From positions 1-64,000 of the IMG/VR virus record IMGVR_UViG_3300045988_127883: 64,000 nt of DNA. One strand, given 5' to 3'. Below are positions 8,668 to 18,204 of the stretch, piece after piece (position 1 is the first letter of the stretch; every line of letters begins with the position of its first letter). The position numbers were made by a program, and so were the translations under genes. This DNA is from a virus. Below the pieces are notes generated by a model. That model did no database searches and was not told the origin of the DNA. It worked only from the letters and a program-made list of their open reading frames with translations.

Positions 8668-8823
8668 AATCAACAGTATATGCTCATCTTGAGAATGATT
8701 ATAGATTTTATAGACTTCCTCTATTTAGAGCTACGGCTGTAAAATACGGATGGAATAATCCTATAGGGGAAGATAGTGGGAGAGAGAAAAAAAATATAAT
8801 TCACAGTATTAAGTAGATATATT

Positions 8824-9660
8824 ATGAGCACAAGTAAAGAATACAAGGCAGTAAGGAACTATATATTAAATGAACTTCACCTTACCAAAGAAGATATAAT
8901 CAAAAACATAGAGCCATTATTGGAAAAACTCGTAAAACAGTGTATGCTTAATACATACGGAGGAAACAATCAGATAGAACATTGGATCAGATGTATGGTA
9001 GCAGATGAGCTTAAACAAAGAGATTATGATTTTGTAAGAAGAATATGTAAGGAGGTTATAAAAGATCATGTGTTGAATGGGTTGAACATAATTGTAAGTC
9101 CCAAAAATGAAAGATGCGTATGTGAAAATAGAGTACCATCAAGAAAAGATGGTTTGTATCTAATCTACGGAAATGGACACGCTGAGCCGTTTACCGGCGA
9201 TAACTCCAAAGATTGTGTACGATACATTGGGTTGAAGCACAGATACATGTCATTTGCAATCTCACTGACGGAGCATGATATCGTACAATTGCTTGACGAT
9301 GATAGCCGTGAAGAATCCGGAAGTGGGACATATTACGAACGTGAATGTGATGCGCTGTTTGACATTGACGGACGCGGCAATACGGAACGCCTTGTAGCCA
9401 GAAATCCAAAATTGAGAAATCTGCTGGAAGATGGCGAGTATATACCATCTCTTGGTCAATTAAATTTAATGGCCCATTATATGAACGAACTAAACAAAGC
9501 ATTCGCTTATGTTTCGGCATCTCCCCTCTCCTCGACGTGGTATTGGTCCAGTACTGAGAGCAGCCAGGCCGTCGCGTGGTACGTGGTCTTCTCCAGTGGC
9601 CTCACGGGCACCAGCAACAAGCACATCGGAGACATGGTTCGGGCGGTAATTGATTTTTAA
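8824..9660 (+). CDS. Hypothetical protein (278 aa).
   Basis: Intact ORF. Confidence 0.5.
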   Translation: MSTSKEYKAVRNYILNELHLTKEDIIKNIEPLLEKLVKQCMLNTYGGNNQIEHWIRCMVADELKQRDYDFVRRICKEVIKDHVLNGLNIIVSPKNERCVCENRVPSRKDGLYLIYGNGHAEPFTGDNSKDCVRYIGLKHRYMSFAISLTEHDIVQLLDDDSREESGSGTYYERECDALFDIDGRGNTERLVARNPKLRNLLEDGEYIPSLGQLNLMAHYMNELNKAFAYVSASPLSSTWYWSSTESSQAVAWYVVFSSGLTGTSNKHIGDMVRAVIDF

Positions 9661-9671
9661 AAAGGATTACA

Positions 9672-10469
9672 ATGATAACATCAGTAAAAATAAAAGACAA
9701 TACAAAAACTCCTTTTGAATACGTTTCTGACATAGAAGCGTTTGAAAATGGTAGAGAATTTATTTTCAAGCCAGGAGTGAATGTGATTGTAGGTAAAAAC
9801 GGTAGTGGAAAATCAACTTTGCTTAACATCATATCAATGTATGCGTTATGTGAGAAATCCATGTGCTCTGAAATACCGATCGAGGCACTGGATTTTCCAC
9901 CTATATTTGATGATGATGACAAGGTTCTTGATGGGATTGACATATCATCCGATTATGCAGGGAAAGTATTCCGTTTATTGCCATCGGCGGAGATGAATCG
10001 AGATAGTGTATTGAAAAACATCAGCAACTTAGATTTGTATGTGAATAATATTAGAAGATCTTATGGAGAGAAAGTGGTGTTATCATTGGAATCACTTTTC
10101 AATTTAATGTTCGGTCAAAAGGATTATACGTTTCCAATACAAGATCTTGTAGAATACAAGAAAAAATCAAATGCGTTTTGGATTAAAAGAATTGATAATC
10201 TGTTGAAGTATTATAAAAGAAATCGCATAACATTAACAAAAAGCAGTTTTGAATACACGGTTCTCATGGATGAGCCAGACAGGAATCTTGACATTGACAA
10301 TATAATGCAAATTTATAATGTATTGTCATTCCATAAACCACAAACACAAATTATAGCCATAGTACACAATCCGGCATTGATTTACAAATTAAGCAAATTA
10401 GATTGTGTGAACTTTATAGAGATGACAGAAGGGTATCTTAGTAAAACTTGTACATTTGTGTCCAACTAA
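9672..10469 (+). CDS. P-loop ATPase of ABC/AAA type (265 aa).
   Basis: Walker A VIVGKNGSGKSTLLN. Walker B/D-loop-like VLMDEPDRNLD. Confidence 0.6.
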   Translation: MITSVKIKDNTKTPFEYVSDIEAFENGREFIFKPGVNVIVGKNGSGKSTLLNIISMYALCEKSMCSEIPIEALDFPPIFDDDDKVLDGIDISSDYAGKVFRLLPSAEMNRDSVLKNISNLDLYVNNIRRSYGEKVVLSLESLFNLMFGQKDYTFPIQDLVEYKKKSNAFWIKRIDNLLKYYKRNRITLTKSSFEYTVLMDEPDRNLDIDNIMQIYNVLSFHKPQTQIIAIVHNPALIYKLSKLDCVNFIEMTEGYLSKTCTFVSN

Positions 10470-10528
10470 TTAAAAGTGATATGAACTAGAAGAAATTCAA
10501 AGAGGAAAAACCTTCAGAGGGAGAAGAA

Positions 10529-10795
10529 GTGTTGGCTTATCATCCAAGTTGGATAGATGAAGATTTCAACCCAAGAGGTATAAGAATAGGATTCTGGAAT
10601 GGAGGGGACGATTTTAAATCGGCTCATTGGTGGGATTATCAAGATTGTTATGTCACAATCTCTCATTGTGATTGTGATGATAATTCTCTTTTCAGTGATA
10701 GAATAAAAAACAGCATAGAGCCAGAGTTGTGGATATCACTTGATGTTATTACAAATTACTTACCTGATATAAAACAAAATCACTTATCACAATGA
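10529..10795 (+). CDS. Hypothetical protein (88 aa).
   Basis: Intact ORF. Confidence 0.4.
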   Translation: MLAYHPSWIDEDFNPRGIRIGFWNGGDDFKSAHWWDYQDCYVTISHCDCDDNSLFSDRIKNSIEPELWISLDVITNYLPDIKQNHLSQ

Positions 10796-11334
10796 GCTAT
10801 TTTATATTAATGGGAAGAAGAATCCCCAAGCAAGCCATAACAGGCTTCAAATTTCAAAATGAAACAGATAACATTCGTCCTTTCTTGTCAATCAGGATAA
10901 GGGGAAAGGACGAAATTATACCTTTCAAAGATAAAAAGGAGATACAGTCTGTAAAAGCGCATCTGTGTTCTATCTTTTCTGGGTTTGTAAAAATAGGTGA
11001 CTGGTATCTCAAGATGTCGGAAGTTAAGGAATATAAGCCGGTGACCGCCGAAGACATGAACCCCTACATCTTGTTTAAGACATCTAAGTTTGGAAATATA
11101 AAAGTTCGTTTCCCGAAAGATGAAGATATGGATGCAGAATTGGATCTTGCACTGCAATCCATTTGGGAACATCTTGCTTTCTCAGGATTTAGAGATAATG
11201 AGCCTAATTTGAGCATGGCTTCAGGAAATGAAATCATACTTGAATGGAACGGTTCAGAAATGAATGCGAATGAGATTATAGACCGTATGGAATCAGTAGG
11301 ATATATAACTCCCGATGATTTTATTGGAGGTTAG
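10792..11334 (+). CDS. Hypothetical protein (180 aa).
   Basis: Intact ORF. Confidence 0.45.
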   Translation: MSYFILMGRRIPKQAITGFKFQNETDNIRPFLSIRIRGKDEIIPFKDKKEIQSVKAHLCSIFSGFVKIGDWYLKMSEVKEYKPVTAEDMNPYILFKTSKFGNIKVRFPKDEDMDAELDLALQSIWEHLAFSGFRDNEPNLSMASGNEIILEWNGSEMNANEIIDRMESVGYITPDDFIGG

Positions 11335-11454
11335 ATTAAAGTATAAAATTATGAAAAGAGAAGATATTGAAAAAGCAGCAAAGATTTATCAAGAACAAGA
11401 AAAAGATCATGATATCTGGGCAGGTAAAGACTTAAGAAGAAAATATGAAAGGTT

Positions 11455-11658
11455 ATGACCGACAGAGAACTTCTTGAAGAAAACAATAAGATGTTAAAGG
11501 AAATTCTAAGTTTTGTGAGAAAAGTTGATTCTGCTGAATACAGGGATCATCAAGACTTTATGGAATTTCTTAGAAATGTGGCAGCCGATATATGGGTTGA
11601 ATATACGGAGCCCGAACAAAGAGGTAGATTGTTTAATTTAATAAATAAAAATAAATGA
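11455..11658 (+). CDS. Hypothetical protein (67 aa).
   Basis: Intact ORF. Confidence 0.4.
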   Translation: MTDRELLEENNKMLKEILSFVRKVDSAEYRDHQDFMEFLRNVAADIWVEYTEPEQRGRLFNLINKNK

Positions 11659-12323
11659 AAACAGTTTTTGATTTAAGCAGAGATGAGATTGTGTCATTGA
11701 CATGCAAAGAGATATATCTGTATATAGACAAAGAGCTTGCTGGTAAAGGTATTCCAATTGAAGCTAAAAACTGGAATATAAAGAACAAAAAAGAAGTCGT
11801 GTATCCAAGAACTGGAGTTCCAGTATTTATGTTAAAAGATATCGGCATCGGTTTTAGAACCATAGAAGGTGCAACAGAGGTGGCTAATTTGCTTATTAAA
11901 TATAATGCATTTAAAATGGAATCAAAGTTTCTGATAGGATCGTATGAGCAGTTTTGGATCATAAATGGAAGTGTTTGCCCAGCCATTACAGGAGAAGCGG
12001 GATATAGCAAGGAAGAGTTTGATAAGGTAAACAAGGAAAACAAAGATCCAGAATTGGAAAGTATAAATTCTTTCAATGATACTGTGAAAAAAGCCAATGA
12101 AATCAAAGACAGGGTATTGAAATACGTGTACAACATAAAACAAGAACGTTCATACAACAATGACCTGGTTGGTATCTTTGAAAGGTATAAAGATATAGCA
12201 GACGGTGACATGGAGGTAGCTATGAATTTTATCAAGGAGGCCTATCCATTCAACGAAGAAACAGAGTCGTTTATCAGAAAAAAGTTTGACATGCCTATAC
12301 CGGACGAATCAAAAGAGCAGTAA
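11655..12323 (+). CDS. Hypothetical protein (222 aa).
   Basis: Intact ORF. Confidence 0.5.
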   Translation: MKTVFDLSRDEIVSLTCKEIYLYIDKELAGKGIPIEAKNWNIKNKKEVVYPRTGVPVFMLKDIGIGFRTIEGATEVANLLIKYNAFKMESKFLIGSYEQFWIINGSVCPAITGEAGYSKEEFDKVNKENKDPELESINSFNDTVKKANEIKDRVLKYVYNIKQERSYNNDLVGIFERYKDIADGDMEVAMNFIKEAYPFNEETESFIRKKFDMPIPDESKEQ

Positions 12324-12529
12324 TTAAGCTAAATTAAATCATTTTGAATCTTTTTTATTATCAAAAGGCATATCTTTGTCCAAAAAAACAAACAGAATGG
12401 AAGAAAAAGAGATAAAAGAAGCTATGATTGAAGCTCTGACGCACTTAGAGGGGTGTAAGTATTTCGTGGCCATAATCGAGAATAATGCATAACCCATACA
12501 AATCATAAACAATTTGTATTGTATTATGC

Positions 12530-12772
12530 ATAATAGCCAAAAGCTATTCCGATTATTAGCCTAAGTGTTGAAACAAACACTACGTTATTTAAGAATAGAT
12601 AGTTACCTACGGATGTTTGCCCAAGTTCGTAGCTCTAAGGTAAGTGATTAAACAGTTCTGGTATTCAGGAACAGTGTTGCTTACAAAAAAAACCTTAAAT
12701 AACATTGGCGATGGGTACTAACAGAGTTTCACTCTGACTTATGTTGAATAAACATTAAAAACGTTTGTAGAT
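12530..12772 (+). ncRNA. Omega-RNA / HEARO-like structured element, copy 1, immediately upstream of IscB-1.
   Basis: A scaffold of about 200 nt (tattagcctaag...cattggcgatgggtactaacag...tgactt) is shared by four loci. Its stems covary between copies, for example gtgttgaaacaaacac vs gtgcttcgagcac vs gccttgaaacaaaggc. Placement next to IscB matches the known architecture. Confidence 0.7.
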
Positions 12773-13999
12773 ATGGTGTACGTACAAGACATAAATGGTA
12801 AACCTATGATGCCTACAACAAGGCATGGTAAGGTTAGGAGACTGCTTAAAGACAAAAAGGCAATCGTTGTAAACCTATGTCCGTTTACCATCAAATTAAT
12901 GTACGTAACATCTGATTACAAACAGAAAATTGTATTAGGCGTTGATGCTGGTACTAAACATGTTGGTCTATCGGCTACAACGAAAAGCAAAGAACTTTAC
13001 AGCAGTGAAGTTATTCTTAGAAATGATATCGTAGATCTTTTGTCTACCAGAAGGGAGCTACGAAGATCAAGACGAAATAGATTGAGATATAGAAAACCTC
13101 GTTTTGATAATAGAATAAAAAGTAAGCGTCCGGGATGGGTAGCACCTTCGGTGAAATACAAAGTAGACGCCCATATTCGTGTTATTGACAATGTATGTTC
13201 TATATTACCAATATCTCGTATTGTTATCGAAGTAGCTCAATTTGATACTCAAAAGATTAACAATCCTAATATATCAGGTAAAGAATATCAGGAGGGTGAT
13301 CAACTTGGATTTTGGAACGTTAGGGAATATGTTTTAGCAAGAGATGGACATAAATGCCAGCATTGTAAGGGAAAGTCAAAAGACCCAGTATTGAATGTTC
13401 ATCATATTGAATCACGAAAGACAGGTGGAGATTCCCCATCTAATCTTATTACCTTATGTGAAACTTGTCATAAAGAATACCATAAAGGTAATATAGATTT
13501 AAAGATCAGAAGAGGCAAGTCGCTTCGCGACGCAGCCGTAATGGGAATAATGAAATGGAGATTGTATGAAGAACTAAGGTCTAAATACAACAGAGTTTCT
13601 ATGACTTTCGGTTATGTTACAAAATACAATAGGATTAAACATGGTATTGAAAAATCTCATGTTTTCGATGCATTTGTTATTTCTAAAAACTTTGATGCTA
13701 TAAGGTTAGGATATTATTATAAAGTAAGATTAGTAAGAAGACATAATCGTCAGATCCATAAACAAAAGATTCCAAAAGGAGGGATAAAAAGACCAAATCA
13801 ATCTCCTTTTGAAGTTTTTGGTTTCCGATTGTTTGATAGGGTTATGTTTGAAAACAGTTATTATTTTATATTCGCAAGGCGTAAAACCGGTAGTTTTAAT
13901 ATTCGAGATATTGATGGTAAAAACCAAAGAGATATTACATACAAGAAATTGAAATTATCAAGGTGTAAACGCTTTATGGTACAAAAGGAAATGGATTGA
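12773..13999 (+). CDS. iscB: IscB, the OMEGA RNA-guided nuclease and Cas9 ancestor (408 aa, copy 1).
   Basis: PLMP-like KPMMPT motif. RuvC-I LGVDAGTKHVGLS, Arg-rich bridge RRELRRSRRNRLRYRKPRF and RuvC-II IVIEVAQFD. HNH with zinc CxxC pairs (CQHCKG...NVHHIES...SNLITLCETCHKEYH). RuvC-III SHVFDAFVIS. C-terminal TI-like domain. Confidence 0.85.
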   Translation: MVYVQDINGKPMMPTTRHGKVRRLLKDKKAIVVNLCPFTIKLMYVTSDYKQKIVLGVDAGTKHVGLSATTKSKELYSSEVILRNDIVDLLSTRRELRRSRRNRLRYRKPRFDNRIKSKRPGWVAPSVKYKVDAHIRVIDNVCSILPISRIVIEVAQFDTQKINNPNISGKEYQEGDQLGFWNVREYVLARDGHKCQHCKGKSKDPVLNVHHIESRKTGGDSPSNLITLCETCHKEYHKGNIDLKIRRGKSLRDAAVMGIMKWRLYEELRSKYNRVSMTFGYVTKYNRIKHGIEKSHVFDAFVISKNFDAIRLGYYYKVRLVRRHNRQIHKQKIPKGGIKRPNQSPFEVFGFRLFDRVMFENSYYFIFARRKTGSFNIRDIDGKNQRDITYKKLKLSRCKRFMVQKEMD

Positions 14000-14493
14000 T
14001 TAATTTGAATAAAAATATAGACATGAATCGTTGGTTTGAAATCACAGTAAAAGCCGAGATTGATAATATCGAGAACGGCAAAAAAAAGAAGGTAACTGAA
14101 AAGTATTTGGTAGATGCCTTATCTTATACAGAGGCAGAATCAAGATCTTTAGAGATTTTCAAGGATTTATTTCAAGTGTTCGACATTGTTAAAATAAATC
14201 CTATTAAAGTGTCGGAAATCTTCTTCAACGGAGAAGCTGAGTACTGGTATAAGTGTAAGGTAAATTACATTACACTGGATGAAAAGAAAGGTAAAGAAAA
14301 GAAAACGCCATGCTATATGTATGTCCAGGCCGGCAATCCGAAAGACGCTGAGGCTGTGTTAACTAAAGGTATGCAGGGCACGTTAGGAGACTGGAATTGC
14401 GAAGCTATTGCTGAAACGAAGATCATTGACGTATTCAAATACGATCTTCAGAAGGGAGCTGAAAAATTAGGCGAGAAGAAGAGTGAAGAGTAA
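13996..14493 (+). CDS. Hypothetical protein. The start may be the internal ATG at 14023.
   Basis: The ORF has a TTG start at 13996 and an ATG at 14023. Confidence 0.45.
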   Translation: MINLNKNIDMNRWFEITVKAEIDNIENGKKKKVTEKYLVDALSYTEAESRSLEIFKDLFQVFDIVKINPIKVSEIFFNGEAEYWYKCKVNYITLDEKKGKEKKTPCYMYVQAGNPKDAEAVLTKGMQGTLGDWNCEAIAETKIIDVFKYDLQKGAEKLGEKKSEE

Positions 14494-14722
14494 GGCTGAT
14501 GTAGTTTCCAACATAGCGCTTGTTGTGGCGATAATATCATTGCTTTCAGCAGGCGCTTTCCTTCTAATAGTGATTAAGACAGACGAGGTATCTAAATTAT
14601 TAATGAACGTACCTTATCTACTGGCTTCAGCGGGATTGTTCTTTTCAATAATATCATTATTATTCGAATGGAAAGCAAGGAAAAGAAGCTATACGTCTGC
14701 GAACGATGCGGACGAAAAGTGA
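14483..14722 (+). CDS. Small membrane protein with two predicted TM helices (79 aa).
   Basis: Two hydrophobic stretches (IALVVAIISLLSAGAFLLIVI and LLASAGLFFSIISLLF). Confidence 0.45.
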   Translation: MKSKADVVSNIALVVAIISLLSAGAFLLIVIKTDEVSKLLMNVPYLLASAGLFFSIISLLFEWKARKRSYTSANDADEK

Positions 14723-15189
14723 TGATAAGAAGTCATGGCTTATGCCAGGCTTGCAGGAGCAAAGAGTTGACTCCGAAGAAGAAAAACAGAATTACATCCA
14801 TTAAAAACAGCAGCAAGAAGAAAAAGTTAGAGAGCCCGGATTTATCCGGGTTTTTTCGTCTTATGCTGGAAGAGCTAAATAGTATTCGGATGTCTATGAC
14901 TGGTAGGGCTATTCATTTTCCTACAGTATGTAACGTATGTCACATACTTCCGAAAAGGATATATAAGTCGGTTGCCACTTGCAGAGATAATATAGTTTTT
15001 CTACATGAATCGGAGCATACGGTATTCGACATGTATCTTGACCGGATAGAATTTGATAAACTTGAAACAGAATTTCCTTTTGTGTGGAAATATGCGGTAA
15101 AGAAGGTACTGGATATGGAAAGCAGGGGAATGATTAAAGAAAGAGGTAGGTTGATTATTGAAATAATTGACAGATATAACCCCAAATAG
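14668..15189 (+). CDS. Hypothetical zinc-ribbon protein. The start is at 14668 or at the ATGA-coupled ATG at 14722.
   Basis: The N-terminus has CERCGRK...CQAC. There is a 55-nt overlap with the preceding gene. Confidence 0.45.
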   Translation: MESKEKKLYVCERCGRKVMIRSHGLCQACRSKELTPKKKNRITSIKNSSKKKKLESPDLSGFFRLMLEELNSIRMSMTGRAIHFPTVCNVCHILPKRIYKSVATCRDNIVFLHESEHTVFDMYLDRIEFDKLETEFPFVWKYAVKKVLDMESRGMIKERGRLIIEIIDRYNPK

Positions 15190-15271
15190 TATTTGAGAAA
15201 GCAGCCACAGATATTGATGAGACTGTAACTGTGTTGTATTATGTTAAAGAGGAATTAATTGAGAAATTGCG

Positions 15272-16591
15272 ATGATAGAACAGAAAATAAAAATATTGAC
15301 AGATTTAGGGTTTGTACCTATGGTGGAGGGAAAAGGAAATACGTTGTTTAGAATGAACGATGTTGTGATGTCGGTGTCAGATCCTAATCAAACACCGGAG
15401 CAGTTGAAGAAGGAGGTTATGTCTTTAATAAAGAACAGAGACATAGCGGAAAGAGGTGGACAGGTTCCAGTAGTTGAAGAGCCGGCGCCTGAGCCAGAGC
15501 AGGCCCAGAAGGAGGAACCGGAAGCTCCGGCGGAGGAAGCCGCTCCTAACCCTGGAGAAGAAGATTCGAATCCGTTTATAGAAAATCAGGAAACATTAGA
15601 GCCATTTTATATCTGTGATGAGTTAAAGAAGATCGAGACTCCCAAATTCGTAAGATTGACATTAGACGGTAATCGTTTTTATGTAAGAAAGATGGACGAT
15701 GGGACAGCCAAGATATACGCCTCGGTAACAACCATGATCAGAGACGGATTCGTAGATGACAAAACGGCTCTTCAAGAATGGAGACAGGAGATGAGGATGA
15801 TTGGTCGCAATCCGGAAGAAGTATCAGAATATGATGCAGATAAAGGAACGATCATGCACTACCTATACGGATTATACTTGACAGGTAGAGATATGGTCTT
15901 AAATCGAAGTTTTATAGTTAAGACAGTGCAAGAAGGCAAGCTTAAAATATCAAAAAAGAATCTTGACAAATTCTTTGGTAGCATAGATGATCTTGACGAT
16001 ATGATTGTTAGGGTTATGAAGTTTGCTAAATTTTGTTCGGAGTATAAGGTTAAGCCGATGATGATTGAAAGAATATTATCATTAGAAGATTATTTGGTAG
16101 CTACGCCGATAGATGCGATGGTTAAAATGACATTCAAGTACAAAGAAGAAGGTTATTTTGGAGCCGTGTATCAAAGGGCTACGGGGCAGTTCAAAAAAGG
16201 AGATCCGAAGAAGGAAGTGAGAGAAGTGGAGAAAGAAGAGATTGTTATCTTAGATTTTAAATCAGGTGACATACGAAATGAACATGCTTTTCAATTGGAG
16301 GCTGAAAGGAGAATGGTTAAAAACTGGTACGGAATTGATGCACGTATTATGAATTTTTCTCCAAAAAGCACGAACAGTAAAGGTTATACGCTAAAAGAAT
16401 GGTCTGATAAAAATGCTGCTATGGAGAAGGCAGACTGTGTATTCCAACAAGGGATGTTGAATCATATCAGAAAAGACAAGAGGTTCAAAGTGAGAAAGGG
16501 AGTGCTGAATATCAATAAGCCTTACAATGAAGAGGATCATATTGTCGTATATGATATTGCTGAGGAAATGTCTAAAAGATTTGTAATATAA
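15272..16591 (+). CDS. Hypothetical protein (439 aa) with an acidic Pro/Glu-rich linker. It may carry a PD-(D/E)xK-like motif (IVILDFKSGD...QLEAE).
   Basis: Long ORF. The nuclease call is tentative. Confidence 0.5.
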   Translation: MIEQKIKILTDLGFVPMVEGKGNTLFRMNDVVMSVSDPNQTPEQLKKEVMSLIKNRDIAERGGQVPVVEEPAPEPEQAQKEEPEAPAEEAAPNPGEEDSNPFIENQETLEPFYICDELKKIETPKFVRLTLDGNRFYVRKMDDGTAKIYASVTTMIRDGFVDDKTALQEWRQEMRMIGRNPEEVSEYDADKGTIMHYLYGLYLTGRDMVLNRSFIVKTVQEGKLKISKKNLDKFFGSIDDLDDMIVRVMKFAKFCSEYKVKPMMIERILSLEDYLVATPIDAMVKMTFKYKEEGYFGAVYQRATGQFKKGDPKKEVREVEKEEIVILDFKSGDIRNEHAFQLEAERRMVKNWYGIDARIMNFSPKSTNSKGYTLKEWSDKNAAMEKADCVFQQGMLNHIRKDKRFKVRKGVLNINKPYNEEDHIVVYDIAEEMSKRFVI

Positions 16592-16600
16592 ATAAGCATT

Positions 16601-17614
16601 ATGCTTGATTTTAGAAGATACGAAAACGTACCCCGGTTTCAACTTGACCGCAGGCCGGGCAGGAGCCGACTGAAGCTAACCTGCCCAGCTTGCGGGAAAA
16701 GCCGGTGCCTCACTCCTTATATTGATGTGGCAACAGGTCAGGTTGTTGGAAACGAGTTCGGAAGATGCGATCACGAACGGACTTGCGGTTACGATAAACG
16801 ACCCACTGGTAAGGATGTAGGTGACAAAGATCTTTGGATTTCGGGAAATAAGTGTATAAGAGCTTATCGTCCTCCTATAAATCCTGACGTTGTAAATTAC
16901 ATACCTTTTAGCGAGTTTGAGAGGACTGTAGTCCCAGACAATAGAAACACCGTATTTAGATTTTTATCGTCTCTATGGGGAAAAGAAAGGGTATCTGATG
17001 TATTCAGAAGGTATCATGTCGGAACAATGGACTTATGGGGATGGAAAGGGTGTTGTATATTCTGGCAGATAGATAAGGACTTTGTATGTAGAACTGGCAA
17101 GATCATGGACTTTTATATAAAGACCGACAGCCAGGGGAATGAGATTGATGTAAAAAGAGTGAAAGAAAAAGACGGTGACAATGAGCGGCCTCATGTTATG
17201 TTTTATCACTCGTTGCATGCAAGGGACTTCTTGTTTAGACAATGCCTGTTCGGAGAGCATCTTCTAAGCCAGTATCCGGATAAGGTGGTTAATCTGGTGG
17301 AATCAGAAAAGACGGCTATTATATGCGCTGTGAATAAACCAGATGAATTATTTGTGGCCACCGGAGGGTTGCAGAATCTAAGGCCGGAAGTGATAGATGT
17401 TTTAAAAGATAGAAAGACTGTAGCTTTTCCGGACAAAGGACAAGCATTTGAGACATGGAGTAAAAAGATAGATGGGATGATGATGAAGTCAAGGATAAAA
17501 GTATCAGACTATCTTCAAAATGTTGAAAATGTAGGAGACGGAGATGATGTGGCAGATTTGATAATTAATAACAAGGTAAAAGAGAAATATCATGAGCCTG
17601 GATGTTTATATTAA
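16601..17614 (+). CDS. Putative DNA primase-like protein with an N-terminal zinc-ribbon and a TOPRIM-like domain (337 aa).
   Basis: CPACGK...CDHERTCGY zinc-binding. VNLVESEKTAIICAV...VATGG...AFPDKGQ resembles TOPRIM with a conserved Glu and an acidic motif. Confidence 0.5.
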   Translation: MLDFRRYENVPRFQLDRRPGRSRLKLTCPACGKSRCLTPYIDVATGQVVGNEFGRCDHERTCGYDKRPTGKDVGDKDLWISGNKCIRAYRPPINPDVVNYIPFSEFERTVVPDNRNTVFRFLSSLWGKERVSDVFRRYHVGTMDLWGWKGCCIFWQIDKDFVCRTGKIMDFYIKTDSQGNEIDVKRVKEKDGDNERPHVMFYHSLHARDFLFRQCLFGEHLLSQYPDKVVNLVESEKTAIICAVNKPDELFVATGGLQNLRPEVIDVLKDRKTVAFPDKGQAFETWSKKIDGMMMKSRIKVSDYLQNVENVGDGDDVADLIINNKVKEKYHEPGCLY

Positions 17615-17945
17615 GAACAAGAAGAAAGAAGAGGATCGTGAATGGGTTGCAAACATCACCCACAACATGAACAAGATGGCACAAAGAATATTCGTATCGG
17701 AAAATAAAGAAACGCTGTACGATTATGTTTGGAGACCAGAAGAATTGTATAAAGAAATATATACCAATGAGATGAAGAATGTACTTACAAAAGGTATATG
17801 TATTATGATCTCTAAGAGAAAAAGTCTTTTGAGATACGAGCCGGAAAACGGATGGGGGTCTTATGATTCATTTCTTAAGTTTCTTATCGAATATAAAGAG
17901 GCGTGTGAAGATAATCCAGGTTATATAATTGAAGCAAGCAGATAA
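17592..17945 (+). CDS. Hypothetical protein (117 aa).
   Basis: Intact ORF. Confidence 0.4.
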   Translation: MSLDVYIKNKKKEEDREWVANITHNMNKMAQRIFVSENKETLYDYVWRPEELYKEIYTNEMKNVLTKGICIMISKRKSLLRYEPENGWGSYDSFLKFLIEYKEACEDNPGYIIEASR

Positions 17946-18204
17946 TATGGAAAATTACAAAAACACTTTAAACGAGGTAGTGGTGATCGAATCGTCACCA
18001 GAAACGTATTTTGTTTACGCTATTCGTAATGCTATTCGTATCTCTAAATGCGCGTATCCGACAGCCAAGAAAGTAATTTTCAAAAGAGAGGACGTAGAGG
18101 TAGAGATCTCAGAAATGGAAACTGAAAGCAGTTTGTATGAAAAGTTTAAAGAAAAACAAAAGAATAGGGTATGGAACTTAATGAGCGCCAACAACGGGTT
18201 TTAA
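17929..18204 (+). CDS. Hypothetical protein (91 aa).
   Basis: Intact ORF. Confidence 0.4.
   Translation: MKQADNMENYKNTLNEVVVIESSPETYFVYAIRNAIRISKCAYPTAKKVIFKREDVEVEISEMETESSLYEKFKEKQKNRVWNLMSANNGF

Noticed and set aside
12376-12492. 31-aa ORF (MEEKEIKEAMIEALTHLEGCKYFVAIIENNA) just upstream of omega-RNA-1, considered as a TnpA remnant.
   Set aside because: It is far too short and has no HuH/Y1 motif. No TnpA-like gene is present anywhere in the window.
12773-13999. The HNH/RuvC ORFs could be miniature Cas9 genes.
   Set aside because: At about 400 aa they have no REC lobe, carry a PLMP N-terminus, and have no adjacent CRISPR array or tracrRNA. This architecture is IscB.
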